Positions 17,501-26,638 of a stretch of 37,333 bases of DNA are shown one piece after another (within the stretch, counting starts at the first letter, position 1; every line of letters starts with the position of its first letter). The stretch comes from Oryzihumus sp. (GTDB lineage Bacteria; Actinomycetota; Actinomycetes; Actinomycetales; Dermatophilaceae). The position numbers were made by a program, and so were the translations under genes. The notes under the pieces are model-generated. The model was not told where the DNA came from and did not search any database. It worked only from the letters and a program-made list of their open reading frames with translations. The DNA lies in the NCBI GenBank assembly GCA_035699865.1, contig DASSPC010000157.1, positions 1 through 37,333 on the forward strand. The letters are read 5' to 3'.

Positions 17501-19895
17501 GCAGGTCCTCCTCGTCGTAGCCCGCGTCGTGCAGGTTCGCGTACAGGGCCAGCTGGTGGTCCGGCGCCGGGTTCCTCGGGTCGCCGGGCGCGTAGAGGTT
17601 GATGGCCGAGGTCGAGAAGCCGTAGTTGCCGTTGACGGTCTGGCCGGCGTTGCCGGGCGTCGCATCACTCGGCCCGGCGGCCACGCCCATCATCGGCGCC
17701 TCGACGCAGAGCCGGTTCGCGGTGGCGCCGAAGTCGGGCAGGGCCTGCTGGTCGGTCAGCGGCTGCCCGTTGTACATCCGGGCGGTGCAGCCGCGCGGGG
17801 CGGCCCACTCCTCGGAGGTGTAGGACGACTGGACCTCCGGACCCTTGACCATCTCGCCGCGCTGCGGGTCGGGGTTCTCCATCACCTCGCCCGGGTGCGC
17901 GGGGTCCGGCACGGTCAGCGGCACGATGGCGTAGCCCTGCCGGCAGGCGTTGGCGACCTCCTCCGGCGTCGTGGCCGAGCAGGGGGTGGGGACGTACAGG
18001 TGGACCGGGACACCCGGGATACCGGGCTGGTAGCCCTCTGACACCGCGTCGGCCGGGTCGAGCTCGTTGCGGGTCGTGTCATAGCTGACCGTGCCCACGA
18101 TGCCGCCGTTGGCGCCGTTGTCGTAGGGCTGCACGCCCCAGTCGATCTCGCCCTTGAGGCCGATGATCGGCAGGAAGTCGAGGTCCACCAGGCTGCCGAG
18201 CTGGGTGGTCGGCTTGGGGTCGTTCTCGGCCTGGTAGGTCACGCCGGTCGTCTTGTACCGGGTGTTGAACGCCTCGAGCACGAGCCACTTGCCCAGCGGG
18301 TAGGCCTCACGGATGTCGTAGGCACCGTTGGAGTCCGTGGTCGCCGTGTTGGTCGCCTGGTCCATCAGCGAGTTGTCGCGCTCGCGGACGGTCAGGGCGA
18401 ACTGCGGCACCGCCTTCTCACCGGTGTCCCACTTGCCGTTGCCGTTGGCGTCGACGAACACCCGCCCGTGCAGGTGGGTGAACCAGCCGACGACCATCTT
18501 GTTGCCGACGTTGGTGACGCCTCCGTCGTGGACCTCCACGTTGAAGCTCCACAGGATGTAGTCCTGGTCGTCGTCCCAGATGGAGAGCTGGTAGGTGCCG
18601 TCCGGCAGGTTCTTGATGTCGAAGCTGCCGTCGGCGTTGCCGCGGCCGACGTAGACCTGCGCGTCGCCGGCGTCGAGGTCGGACAGGGCGATCCACGGGC
18701 TGGCGAGCGGCCCCTCGACCTTGGCCCCGGCAAAGCCGGTCTCCGGCACGGTCTGCCCGTTCTGGCCGCCGATGTAGGGCAGGCCGGAGACGGCGACGCC
18801 CTTGATCTCCCCGGTGGGCACCGGGCCGCGACGCGGGAGCGAGACGGCCTGGGTGCGCACGAAGCCGAACTGCACCGATGGCACCAGCTCGGCGCCCTTG
18901 GTCTGCTCGGTGTCGTACCCGGTCTCGCCCTCCTGCTGCCAGATGTCGTGGTCGTGGCCGCCCTCGAGGGTGGTGGTCTGGACCCACGTCCAGGTCTGGC
19001 CGGCGGCGGGCACCGGCGGGGTGACGGTCGCGGCATACCGGTTGGGGCCGAGGTTCGGGATGACGATCTGGCCGTTGCGGTCGCTGGTGCAGCGACCCGT
19101 CGAACGGGTGGTGTCGATGATCGGGTGGTTGTCCGCGTCGAAGAGCATCGGGCCGGTGCCGTTGCGGTTGGCGTGCTGGTAGACCGTGCACAGCGCGTTG
19201 CCGTAGTAGTCGGTGCTCACCGTGCCGAACACGTCGGTGAGGTGAGCGGTGAAACCGGACAGCCCCTGCTCGGCGTCGACCTCGTAGGTCGCGTCGACGG
19301 GGGCGTTGTCGTTGAACACCGTCAGCCGCAGCGTCGTCAGCGGCAGCGGGGTCGGGTTCATCCCGACCTTCACCGGCGTGGTCTCGCCGGGGGTGACGGT
19401 GAAGTGCTGGCCGTCGATCTTGAAGCCGTCGGCGGTGACCGAGATGAGGTACTTGCCCGCGGGGAGGCCGTCCAGGGCCTTGCTGCCACTGAGGTCGGAC
19501 TCATCGCCCTGGGCCACGATCGGCGCGAACCCGGACGTCGGCCGGGTCGAGGGCCACAGGCAGGTGTCGGCGTAGTCCGGGTTGGAGCTGCCGCCCGTCG
19601 CACGCGAGGGCAGGCACCTGTCGGTGCCCGGGTTGGCCGCCGTCCCGGGGTCCCCGGTGTCGTCGACGTTGATGATCCACTTGTATGCCGTGACGGGGTC
19701 GCCCTGGTGCACGAACCCGGGGCCGGTGTTGACCGACCTGGCGCTCGTCACGCTGAGGGTGATGCTGCCCGGCCCGCTCGTCGCGGCACTCGCCCGGGAC
19801 GGCGCGAGAGTCATGGTCGCCGGCAGCAGGACCGCCACCAGGCTGAGTCCGAGCAGACCGCGGGCGAACCGCCCACGTGTTGTTGGGGTCTTCAC
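14508..19895 (-). CDS. Large secreted multidomain protein (SdrD-B/CnaB-like domains, IPT/TIG-like domain, right-handed beta-helix, choice-of-anchor-Q-like C-terminus)
   Basis: Signal peptide; GRVFVDANGNGKWDTGE (SdrD-B-like); VTVTGTGFG...SWSDTRIVFAVP (IPT-like); GGGI/NNTI/GGAI coil repeats; C-terminal DIDGDPRP...YDAGSDQ. Confidence 0.85.
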   Translation of the reverse strand: MKTPTTRGRFARGLLGLSLVAVLLPATMTLAPSRASAATSGPGSITLSVTSARSVNTGPGFVHQGDPVTAYKWIINVDDTGDPGTAANPGTDRCLPSRATGGSSNPDYADTCLWPSTRPTSGFAPIVAQGDESDLSGSKALDGLPAGKYLISVTADGFKIDGQHFTVTPGETTPVKVGMNPTPLPLTTLRLTVFNDNAPVDATYEVDAEQGLSGFTAHLTDVFGTVSTDYYGNALCTVYQHANRNGTGPMLFDADNHPIIDTTRSTGRCTSDRNGQIVIPNLGPNRYAATVTPPVPAAGQTWTWVQTTTLEGGHDHDIWQQEGETGYDTEQTKGAELVPSVQFGFVRTQAVSLPRRGPVPTGEIKGVAVSGLPYIGGQNGQTVPETGFAGAKVEGPLASPWIALSDLDAGDAQVYVGRGNADGSFDIKNLPDGTYQLSIWDDDQDYILWSFNVEVHDGGVTNVGNKMVVGWFTHLHGRVFVDANGNGKWDTGEKAVPQFALTVRERDNSLMDQATNTATTDSNGAYDIREAYPLGKWLVLEAFNTRYKTTGVTYQAENDPKPTTQLGSLVDLDFLPIIGLKGEIDWGVQPYDNGANGGIVGTVSYDTTRNELDPADAVSEGYQPGIPGVPVHLYVPTPCSATTPEEVANACRQGYAIVPLTVPDPAHPGEVMENPDPQRGEMVKGPEVQSSYTSEEWAAPRGCTARMYNGQPLTDQQALPDFGATANRLCVEAPMMGVAAGPSDATPGNAGQTVNGNYGFSTSAINLYAPGDPRNPAPDHQLALYANLHDAGYDEEDLPPIDYIVSVDIPKDPVDGKPMYQVTKEEDVNVFSGDSYLPQENYPPATPAAASDPAGPPEKSPKQPSQPPSQQAGIISPCAGPLHTVHVTNQDFADGGGSPFEGYDRPLCTDKLVTVRSGQATAPNFNLFTDVPIPTHFWGLTLNDLGLTLDKRSVNYGEAQGLPFVPVGLYDWSGRLVDTVHTDFNGLYEALEPSTSTYNCPVPAGPCPNMYRFVGNDPGQPGALNPDYNSRFRTIATNFQAWPGLYTVTDEAPTQVAATVLAPDTTTANDTRCDLGGTTPQLFAVDRPYVRQGTPGDNRVVTVTGTGFGSSGTLKLGGTTVSTSSWSDTRIVFAVPSTTAAGATRIDITNAAGLSSWNGLTLQVLGANTTSTLGRAASNPRLAEVGPGRQFSTVQAALEAARPTSAQPYWMVVVWPNAQSSANPQGEYTENLIVHHRVRIQGVGPGGFLPDKTYVPGSILDGSGFNPDNPSGTAWVTLLGSLRYSGNPAVPDAAVVTVLDDPSGPSGGYGNVSLDGFTITGGAQVDFAGNVNEITGGVKTPYGAAGALVTQGGGIYLHNNVRSMQVSDNVIRGNGGSYGGAIRVGTPYVGDNRNYDLTVAHNQIRDNGGTNLAGGIGLFTGSDGYQVTDNALCGNFSAEYGGALSAFGYNANPGGSTGGTIARNRIWFNASYDEGGAVMVAGELPANPTQLSAGSGPVTIDANVVQANLANDDGGGIRLLQTSGSHISRNNPETISITNNTIANNVSAHEGGGIALDDAVFVNVVNNTITRNLTTATAVTSDGQPAPAGLSTAANSDPLQARLRNTTLFPGSTTLQATTFSKPTLLDDVFSDNRAGTFTGGWVYGIGGTLPDGTSGGVNPWDMGVVDTAGSLSPVSSVIESTTGTDGGTNTTVTSAPGLKDPFDVTVNILASRTYPAFRQAVIVAEILPPTLMGDYHLAGTSSPAWGRGAASTVVQWGGTTGFSYTVSSPPRDIDGDPRPGTGSRYDAGSDQLTP

Positions 19896-19996
19896 GTGCC
19901 CCCACCTCTTTCCTCACCGCACGGCGTCCGACGGACGCAGGTCTGGAGCCGAGGGTGCGGCGGGACGGGGCGGCCCGGCGGCAATGTGGCAGCACT

Positions 19997-20102
19997 CTCA
20001 CCGCAGCGTCATGGCGGCGTCAGCGCGCCGTGCGGAACCTGTCCCGCGGCCGTCACGGGTGGTCACCGCCCGGTCATCCGGCCGTCACCGAACGGGCGTC
20101 AC
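19997..20102. promoter_or_regulatory. Array of ~11-bp-phased GTCA(C/T/G) direct repeats, likely OmpR/PhoB-family response-regulator sites
   Basis: Units at 19997 (ctcac), 20008 (gtcat), 20019 (gtcag), 20041 (gtccc), 20052, 20062 (gtcac), 20073 (gtcat), 20084, 20098 (gtcac), in the divergent intergenic region. Confidence 0.6.
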
Positions 20103-20232
20103 CCGCCGGCACCTCCCCCAGATGACGGAGGGATATGACTAGGGGCCTTAGTCCCCTCGGGTCAGATTGGCGTACGGGCCTTTCCTCGTGGCTACGCCAG
20201 GTCGCATAGTGCGCTCGGGGAGGTGAGGGCCG

Positions 20233-20904
20233 ATGAGCACGGTCATGGTCGTCGACGACGAGGAGCGCATCCGTTCGCTGCTGTCACGCTCACTGTCGAC
20301 GGAGGGGCACTCGGTCGTGTCCGCGGCCGATGGCCAGGGGGCCATGGAGCACCTGTCCCGGGGTGGGGTCGACCTCGTGCTGCTCGACCTGGTCATGCCG
20401 GGCAGCGGCGGCATGGGCGTGCTCGCCACGATGCAGGACCGCGGCGACACCACGCCGGTGATCGTGCTCTCCGCCGTGAGCGAGGTCGGCGCCCGCGTGC
20501 AGGCGCTCGACCGGGGTGCCGTGGACTTCGTGGGCAAGCCGTTCCACACCGCCGAGCTCATCGCCCGCGTGCGCCGCCACCTCACCTCGCGTCCGGCGCC
20601 CCAGCGGGAGCACCGGTTCCTCGAGGCCGGGGGCATCCGGCTGGACCTGGACCGCCGGCGCGTCGAGCTCGGGGCCCGGGAGGTGGCCCTGACCGAGCGG
20701 GAGTTCTCCCTCCTGGCCCACCTGATGCGCAGGCGCGGGGACGTGTGCCGGCGCGACGAGCTGCTGCACGACGTGTGGGGCCTCGACTTCGACCCCGGCA
20801 GCAACGTGGTGGAGGTGTGCGTGCGCCGACTGCGGCACAAGCTGGCACCCGAGCCCCCGATCGAGACGATCCGCCGGGTGGGGTACTGCTTCTATGGACG
20901 CTGA
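20233..20904 (+). CDS. OmpR/PhoB-family response regulator
   Basis: VMVVDDE, DLVLLDLVMPG, KPF receiver motifs; winged helix LTEREFSLL, VWG, SNVVEVCVRRLRHKL, IETIRRVGY. Confidence 0.95.
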   Translation: MSTVMVVDDEERIRSLLSRSLSTEGHSVVSAADGQGAMEHLSRGGVDLVLLDLVMPGSGGMGVLATMQDRGDTTPVIVLSAVSEVGARVQALDRGAVDFVGKPFHTAELIARVRRHLTSRPAPQREHRFLEAGGIRLDLDRRRVELGAREVALTEREFSLLAHLMRRRGDVCRRDELLHDVWGLDFDPGSNVVEVCVRRLRHKLAPEPPIETIRRVGYCFYGR

Positions 20905-22027
20905 GCACCGGCGCGGGCCCGACCTGTACCCGTGGTGGCTGGTCCTGGCCCTGGTCAGCACCCTCGGCATGTGGGCCCAGCCCGGCGACGAGACCATCCC
21001 CTACCACATCGGCTGGGCCGGGTTCGGCCTGATGTACGGCCTGGGCCGCGCGTGGTCGCCCCGCCGGACCGTCGTGGCGCTGGGGCTGTTCACCGGAGTC
21101 ACCGGGGGCATCCTCGTCGCGCGGGCCTCCGCGGGTGTGCTCGCATGGCAGGAGACCGCCGAGATCCCGCTGATGCTGCTGCTCGTCGCGCTCATGGTGT
21201 GGCACGTGCGCCGCCGCCAGCTGACCCTGGCCGCGGCGACCCACCTGGCCCGACGGGATGCGCAGCGGGCCCACGACCACGAGCGCCTGACCCGACTCAC
21301 CTCGCACGAGCTGCGCACCCCCCTGACGATCGCCCGGGGCTACGTCGAGCTCCTCCGGAGCACCGAGACCCGCGCCGAGCGCGTCGTCGACCTCGAGGTG
21401 GTCGACGACGAGCTCCAACGGCTGTCGCGGGTCTGCGAGCGGCTCGTGCGCGTCATCGAGGCCCAGACCCCGCCCGAGCTGCACCGGTTCGACGTCGACG
21501 AGCTGCTGCGACAGACCGGCGAACGGTGGGCGATCGTGTCGGCAAGGCGGTGGGTGGTGCAGGCCGAGGCCGGCGAGGTGGAGTGCTCGGCCGAGCGCCT
21601 GCGCGCCGTGCTGGACACGTTGGTCGAGAACGCGGTGCGGTACACCCACGAGGGAGACACCGTGCGGATCTTCGGCCGGCGGAAGGGTGGGTGCGTGGAG
21701 CTGGGCGTCGCCGACTCCGGGCCGGGCATGTCCGCCCGGCAGATGGCCCTGCTCAACCGGGGGGCCGCCCCGGCCGAGGCCGTCCCCGACACCCTGCCGC
21801 GCGACACCCTCTCCCAGACCGGACTGGGGCTCGGCCTGGTGCGCACTGTCGTGGCGGCGCGGGACGGCCGGCTCCTGGCGCGCACCGCCCCCGAGGGCGG
21901 TGCCGAGGTGGTGGTGTACCTGCCCCTCGGCACCCCGGCAGCCCTCGAGACCGCGTCCCAGCACGCGCTCAACGGGACGCTGCGCCGGGTCATGCGAGAC
22001 GCGACAGCTCAGCCGGCGCCGGGCTGA
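20894..22027 (+). CDS. Sensor histidine kinase with intramembrane N-terminal region
   Basis: About four N-terminal TM segments; H-box SHELRTPLT; N-box LVENAVRY; G1 VADSGPGM; G2 GLGLGLV. Confidence 0.93.
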   Translation: MDAEHRRGPDLYPWWLVLALVSTLGMWAQPGDETIPYHIGWAGFGLMYGLGRAWSPRRTVVALGLFTGVTGGILVARASAGVLAWQETAEIPLMLLLVALMVWHVRRRQLTLAAATHLARRDAQRAHDHERLTRLTSHELRTPLTIARGYVELLRSTETRAERVVDLEVVDDELQRLSRVCERLVRVIEAQTPPELHRFDVDELLRQTGERWAIVSARRWVVQAEAGEVECSAERLRAVLDTLVENAVRYTHEGDTVRIFGRRKGGCVELGVADSGPGMSARQMALLNRGAAPAEAVPDTLPRDTLSQTGLGLGLVRTVVAARDGRLLARTAPEGGAEVVVYLPLGTPAALETASQHALNGTLRRVMRDATAQPAPG

Positions 22028-22036
22028 GGCCCTCCG

Positions 22037-22519
22037 TCAGGCGGAGGCCCGGGCGCGCCTCGGCACGTCGGCGACCGGGGCGGGCAGGCGGTGGAGGGCG
22101 GTCACGAGCGGCGCCAGCTCGGGCATCTGCTCGGCCTCGGCCAGCGCTCGCCCGAGAACCTCGTCATGGGTCGGTCGCGCCGCGTCGAGCAGCTCGCGCC
22201 CGGCGTCGGTGAGCTCGGTGTAGATCCCCCGCCGGTCCTCCTGGCACAGGATCCGGGTCAGCAGCCCACGGTCCTCCAGCCGGTTGACCAGCCGGGTCGC
22301 GGCACTGCCGGACAGCGCGGCCGCGCGGGCGAGCTGCTGCATCCGCATGTGCCACCCGTCCTGGCGCGACAGGGCGTCCAGGACGGTGAACTCCACGACG
22401 GACAGGTCGTGACCGGACTGCAGCGCCTTCTCCAGGGCGGTCTCGATGAGCCCGTGGAGCGCAGCCAGCGTGCGCCATCCCTGGGCGCGGATCTGGACGG
22501 CGTCGTCGGCGATGCCCAT
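22037..22519 (-). CDS. MarR-family transcriptional regulator
   Basis: LSVVEFTVLDAL, ATRLVNRLEDRGLL, DRRGIYTELTDAG motifs. Confidence 0.93.
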   Translation of the reverse strand: MGIADDAVQIRAQGWRTLAALHGLIETALEKALQSGHDLSVVEFTVLDALSRQDGWHMRMQQLARAAALSGSAATRLVNRLEDRGLLTRILCQEDRRGIYTELTDAGRELLDAARPTHDEVLGRALAEAEQMPELAPLVTALHRLPAPVADVPRRARASA

Positions 22520-22574
22520 GAGCTGCTCCTTACCTCGCGTCGACCGTGGACGTCATCTTAGCCCGTTTTTGAAA

Positions 22575-22631
22575 TAACCCGCGCATGCAACTACATTGCT
22601 GAACCGCGCCGCTAGTTGCAGACGCGGCATA
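22575..22631. promoter_or_regulatory. Two related MarR-type operator sites in inverted orientation
   Basis: taacccgcgcatgcaacta (22575-22593) resembles the reverse complement of tagttgcagacgcggcata (22613-22631); shared core TGCAACTA. Confidence 0.6.
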
Positions 22632-22650
22632 TTGCAGATTGGGAGGAACC

Positions 22651-23868
22651 GTGAGCACCCAGCTCGCCGAGCCCGCCACACGGGCCGCAGAGACCAACCG
22701 GAATTCGTCGCGCCGTCCGCCAGCAGCCTTGGTGGCGTTGATGATCGGCGCGTTCGGGATCGGCATGACCGAGTTCATCGTCGCCGGGCTGCTGCCGGAC
22801 ATCTCGTCCGACCTGCACGTCACGCTCTCCGCCGCCGGGCTGCTGGTCAGCGGCTATGCGGCCGGGGTCGCCGTCGGCGCTCCCCTACTGACCGCCCTCA
22901 CCGGCCGGCTGGACCGCAAGCACCTGCTCCTCGGCCTCATGGTCATCTTCATCGTGGGCAACCTCGTCGGGGCCGTCGCCCCGAGCTACGGGGTCCTGAT
23001 GACCGCGCGCGTCATCGCCGCGTTCGCCCACGGCACGTTCTTCGCGGTCGGCTCGATCGTCGCCACCCAGGTGGTGCCCCCGGGCAAGGGCGCTGCCGCC
23101 ATCGCGACGATGTTCACCGGGCTGACCTTCGCCAACGTCATCGGCGTCCCCGCCGGGACCGTCATCGGCCACCAGCTCGGCTGGCGCGCCACGTTCTGGG
23201 TCATCACGGCGCTGGGTGTCCTCGGCGCCGCCCTCATCGCCGTCCTCGTGCCGTCCCTGAAGGTCCAGGACCCGCCCAGCCTGCGCCAGGAGGTCGGAGT
23301 GCTGCGACGCCCGCAGGTCCTCCTGGCCCTGGCGATGACCCTGTTCGGCTACGGCGGCATCTTCGTCGCCTTCACCTACATCGCCCCGCTCCTGGAGCAG
23401 ATCACCGGGTTCTCGCAGTCCATGGTGACGGTGCTGCTCGTCCTGTTCGGCCTCGGCCTGTTCGTCGGCAACACCCTCGGCGGCAAGCTCGCGGACCGGC
23501 ACGTCATGCGCGCCCTCATGGGCATCCTCACGGCCCTCGCCGCGGTGCTCGCGGCGCTGTCGGTGACCGCGCACAACCAGGTCACCGCAGCGGTCACCGT
23601 GTTCCTGCTCGGCGCCGCCGGCTTCGGCACGGTGCCCGGCCTGCAGCTGCGGGTGATGGACAAGGCCGAGGGCGCGCCCAACGTCGCCTCGGCGCTCAAC
23701 ATCGGCGCCTTCAACCTCGGCATCGCCGGCGGCGCGTTCCTCGGCGGCGTGGTCGTCGACAGCCCGCTCGGCCTCGGGGCGACCCCGTGGGTGGGAGCCC
23801 TGGTCACGCTGGTCGGCCTCGCGCTGGCCGCCGTGTCCGCCCGGATGGACCGGACGCGACGCGCCTGA
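22651..23868 (+). CDS. MFS efflux transporter (DHA1-like)
   Basis: GMTEFIVAGLLPDIS, GRLDRK motif A, GVPAGTVIGHQLGWRATF, GGKLADR; GTG start with RBS GGGAGG. Confidence 0.93.
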   Translation: MSTQLAEPATRAAETNRNSSRRPPAALVALMIGAFGIGMTEFIVAGLLPDISSDLHVTLSAAGLLVSGYAAGVAVGAPLLTALTGRLDRKHLLLGLMVIFIVGNLVGAVAPSYGVLMTARVIAAFAHGTFFAVGSIVATQVVPPGKGAAAIATMFTGLTFANVIGVPAGTVIGHQLGWRATFWVITALGVLGAALIAVLVPSLKVQDPPSLRQEVGVLRRPQVLLALAMTLFGYGGIFVAFTYIAPLLEQITGFSQSMVTVLLVLFGLGLFVGNTLGGKLADRHVMRALMGILTALAAVLAALSVTAHNQVTAAVTVFLLGAAGFGTVPGLQLRVMDKAEGAPNVASALNIGAFNLGIAGGAFLGGVVVDSPLGLGATPWVGALVTLVGLALAAVSARMDRTRRA

Positions 23869-23874
23869 GCCGGC

Positions 23875-23935
23875 CACCCGGCATACCGGGGAGCGACCCA
23901 TGCAGGCCCCGTCCGGCTGCCGTCGGACGGGGCCT
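23875..23935 (+). repeat. Intergenic repeat copy 1: CACCCGGCATAC plus GC hairpin
   Basis: cacccggcatac...aggccccgtccg-gctgccgt-cggacggggcct; very similar to 26581-26629. Confidence 0.65.
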
Positions 23936-24080
23936 TGGTCGGTGCGCGGCAGCCGCGGGCTCCACCCCCTTGCCGGACCCCCGACGTCAGGACGAACGTT
24001 GCCCTTGGCGTGGTGTGCGTTCGCAGGCAGCCAGCGCCCCGGCTGGGAGCTGATCGCGACGTCCACGCCAGGAGGTCACC

Positions 24081-24689
24081 ATGTTCATCCAGGTCATTCA
24101 GGGCAAGGTCGCCGACTCCGAGCGCCTGCAGGCGCAGATGGACAGGTGGGTCCGCGAGCTGCAGCCGGACGCGACCGGCTGGCTGGGCTCGACCGGCGGC
24201 ACCACCGACGACGGCACCTACGTGTGCACCGTGCGCTTCGAGTCCGAGGAGGCGGCACGGCGCAACAGCAACCGGCCCGAGCAAGGCGCGTGGTGGGCCG
24301 AGACCGAGAGCTGCTTCTCGGGTCCGGTGTCGTTCATCGACTGCCCCGACGTGTCCGAGTGGCTGCAGGGCGGCTCGGACGACGCCGGTTTCGTGCAGGT
24401 CATGGAGGGTCACACCAGTGACGCCGCCCGGATGCGTGAGCTGCTCGAGCGCAGCGCCGAGGAGATCCACCGGCTGCGCCCGGAGATCATCGGCGGCACC
24501 GTGGCCCTGCAGCCCAACGGGGACTACGTCGAGACGGTGTACTTCACCGACGAGGCGCAGGCCCGCGCGCACGAGCGCGCCGAGATGCCGGCCCAGCTCG
24601 CCGAGGCGATGCGTGAGGAGCAGGAGGTCATGGGCACCGTGACCTACCTCGACCTGCACCACCCGTGGCTGGTGTCGGCGGGCCGCTGA
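24081..24689 (+). CDS. Hypothetical protein with two tandem ABM/dimeric alpha-beta-barrel-like halves
   Basis: Internal duplication FIQVIQGKVADSERL vs FVQVMEGHTSDAARM, and RFESEEAARRN vs YFTDEAQARAH; RBS AGGAGG. Confidence 0.8.
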   Translation: MFIQVIQGKVADSERLQAQMDRWVRELQPDATGWLGSTGGTTDDGTYVCTVRFESEEAARRNSNRPEQGAWWAETESCFSGPVSFIDCPDVSEWLQGGSDDAGFVQVMEGHTSDAARMRELLERSAEEIHRLRPEIIGGTVALQPNGDYVETVYFTDEAQARAHERAEMPAQLAEAMREEQEVMGTVTYLDLHHPWLVSAGR

Positions 24690-24692
24690 GCG

Positions 24693-25583
24693 TCAGGTCA
24701 GCGTGGCCCCTTCGAGCAGCCGCAGGACAGCGGCCAGAGGGGGCCACGCCGCCCGCCCGCGGCGCGTGACGGCGTAGGCGCGCAGGGTCACGTCGGGCTG
24801 GCGCAGCGGCAGCAGCGCGACCTCCGGGATCGTCGGCTGGTCGGCCGGCAGCAGTCCCACGCCCAGACCCGCCGCCACCATGTCCTGGACCAGGTCCAGG
24901 CTGTCGGCCCGGTGCGCCACGTGTGGAGCGAAGCCCGCCAGCGAGGCGAGGATGCGCACGACCTCCTCGTCGGCGGTGTTGCGGGAGTTGACGATCCAGT
25001 CCGCATCGCGGAACCGGCCGACCACGGCGCGCGCGGTCCCGGCACCCCCGTCGACGCCCGCCGGCACGCCCAGCGCCCACGCGGCGGTGCCCAGCGGCGC
25101 GGTGTCCACGGTCGGGTCGAAGGTGGCCGGCGCCAGGTCGTAGTCGTAGGTCAGGGCCAGGTCCACGTCGTCGGAAGCCAGCAGCTGCAACGCCTCCGCC
25201 GGCTCGTGCTCGTGGATGCGCAGGCCGACGCCGGGGTGCCGCTCGGCGAGCTGCGCCACCGCGGGCAGCAGCGCGCGGCGGACAGCCGTGGCGAACGCAG
25301 CCACCCGCACGGTGCCCGCCGGCTCGGCGGAGGGGTCGAGGTCCAGCCGCGCCTCCTCCAGCGCCGCCAGGACGGTGACCGCGTGGTCGGCGAGCCTGCG
25401 CCCCGCCGGGGTGAGGCGGACCCGGCGTCCGACCGGCTCGACCAGCGGGGTGCCGACCTCCCGGGCGAGGGCGGCGACCTGCTGGGAGACGGTCGAGGTG
25501 GTGGTGCCCAGCACCTCGGCGACCTCGCGCATCGACCCCAGGCGGGACAGCTGCAGCAGCATCTCGAGGCGTCGCGGGTCCAT
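24693..25583 (-). CDS. LysR-family transcriptional regulator
   Basis: [32 protein letters not shown]...VRLTPAG; substrate-binding domain with [12 protein letters not shown]; TTC-N9-GAA (T-N11-A) box at 25594-25608. Confidence 0.93.
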   Translation of the reverse strand: MDPRRLEMLLQLSRLGSMREVAEVLGTTTSTVSQQVAALAREVGTPLVEPVGRRVRLTPAGRRLADHAVTVLAALEEARLDLDPSAEPAGTVRVAAFATAVRRALLPAVAQLAERHPGVGLRIHEHEPAEALQLLASDDVDLALTYDYDLAPATFDPTVDTAPLGTAAWALGVPAGVDGGAGTARAVVGRFRDADWIVNSRNTADEEVVRILASLAGFAPHVAHRADSLDLVQDMVAAGLGVGLLPADQPTIPEVALLPLRQPDVTLRAYAVTRRGRAAWPPLAAVLRLLEGATLT

Positions 25584-25666
25584 GGGCTGATTGTTCAGGA
25601 TTCACGAAAGGTATGTCCACGTTTCTCACGTGGACACGGACGGTCACCACTGGCTCTACTGGAGTC

Positions 25667-26569
25667 ATGAGCACGCCCACCACCGCCCACAGCCACGCCC
25701 GGACCGGCACCCTCATGGCCGTCGGGTCCATGACCTGCGTCCAGCTCGGGCTCGCCCTGTCGGTCGGCCTGTTCGCCCGGGTGGGGCCGCTGGGCGCGGC
25801 CTGGCTGCGGCTGGCCTGGGCCGGCCTCGTCCTGCTCGTCGTGGTCCGGCCCCGGCCGTCCCGGTTCGGCCGGCGCGGGCTGCTGACCGCCGTGGCGCTC
25901 GGGGTCGTCACCGCCGCGTTGACGATGCTCTTCATGGCGGCGGTCGCCCGGCTGCCGCTCGGCACCGCCAGCGCCCTGGAGTTCCTGGGCCCGCTGGGCG
26001 TGGCCGCCGCGCGCAGCCATCGGGCCCGCCACCTGCTGTGGCCGGCCCTCGCCGCCGTCGGCGTGCTGCTGCTCACCCGCCCGTGGGAGGGCACGGCCGA
26101 CCTGGTCGGTGTCGGCTTCGCCCTCGCCGCCGCGGCCTGCTGGGCGGCCTACATCCTGCTGACCCAGGCGGTCGGTGACGAGGTGTCGGGGATCCAGGGG
26201 CTGGCCGTGTCGCTGCCCGTGGCCGGCCTGGTCGCGACCGCCGTCGCCGGCCGCTCGGTGCTGCCCGAGCTGACGCCCTCCCTCGCCCTCGCCGGCCTCG
26301 GCCTGGCCCTGCTCCTGCCGGTGGTGCCCTTCAGCCTGGAGCTGCTGGCCCTGCGCCGGCTGACCACGGCCGCCTTCGGCACGCTGATGAGCCTCGAGCC
26401 CGCGATCGCGCTCGTCGCCGGCCTGGTCCTGCTGCACCAGGTGCCGGACCCCGTCGCCCTGGCCGGCATGGCCTTCGTCGTGGCCGCCGGCATCGGCGCC
26501 GAGCGGACCGGCGCGCGCCACCACGCGCCGCAGCCCGGCCCGGCGCCCCTCGAACCGGTCACCTGCTGA
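25667..26569 (+). CDS. EamA/RhtA-like DMT-family exporter
   Basis: [49 protein letters not shown] motifs; divergent from LysR. Confidence 0.92.
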   Translation: MSTPTTAHSHARTGTLMAVGSMTCVQLGLALSVGLFARVGPLGAAWLRLAWAGLVLLVVVRPRPSRFGRRGLLTAVALGVVTAALTMLFMAAVARLPLGTASALEFLGPLGVAAARSHRARHLLWPALAAVGVLLLTRPWEGTADLVGVGFALAAAACWAAYILLTQAVGDEVSGIQGLAVSLPVAGLVATAVAGRSVLPELTPSLALAGLGLALLLPVVPFSLELLALRRLTTAAFGTLMSLEPAIALVAGLVLLHQVPDPVALAGMAFVVAAGIGAERTGARHHAPQPGPAPLEPVTC

Positions 26570-26580
26570 CGCGAGGCGAG

Positions 26581-26629
26581 CACCCGGCATACACACGAAG
26601 GCCCCGCCCGGCTGCCGCCGGGACGGGGC
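26581..26629 (+). repeat. Intergenic repeat copy 2: CACCCGGCATAC plus GC hairpin
   Basis: cacccggcatac...aggccccgcccggctgccgccgggacggggc. Confidence 0.65.
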
Positions 26630-26638
26630 GCCACCGCG

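Noticed and set aside
14172-18041. Very long plus-strand ORFs (1289 aa here; also 8894-11992, 5616-8234, 4649-6478)
   Set aside because: Antisense shadows of real high-GC genes; Arg/Gly/Pro-rich with no recognisable motifs.
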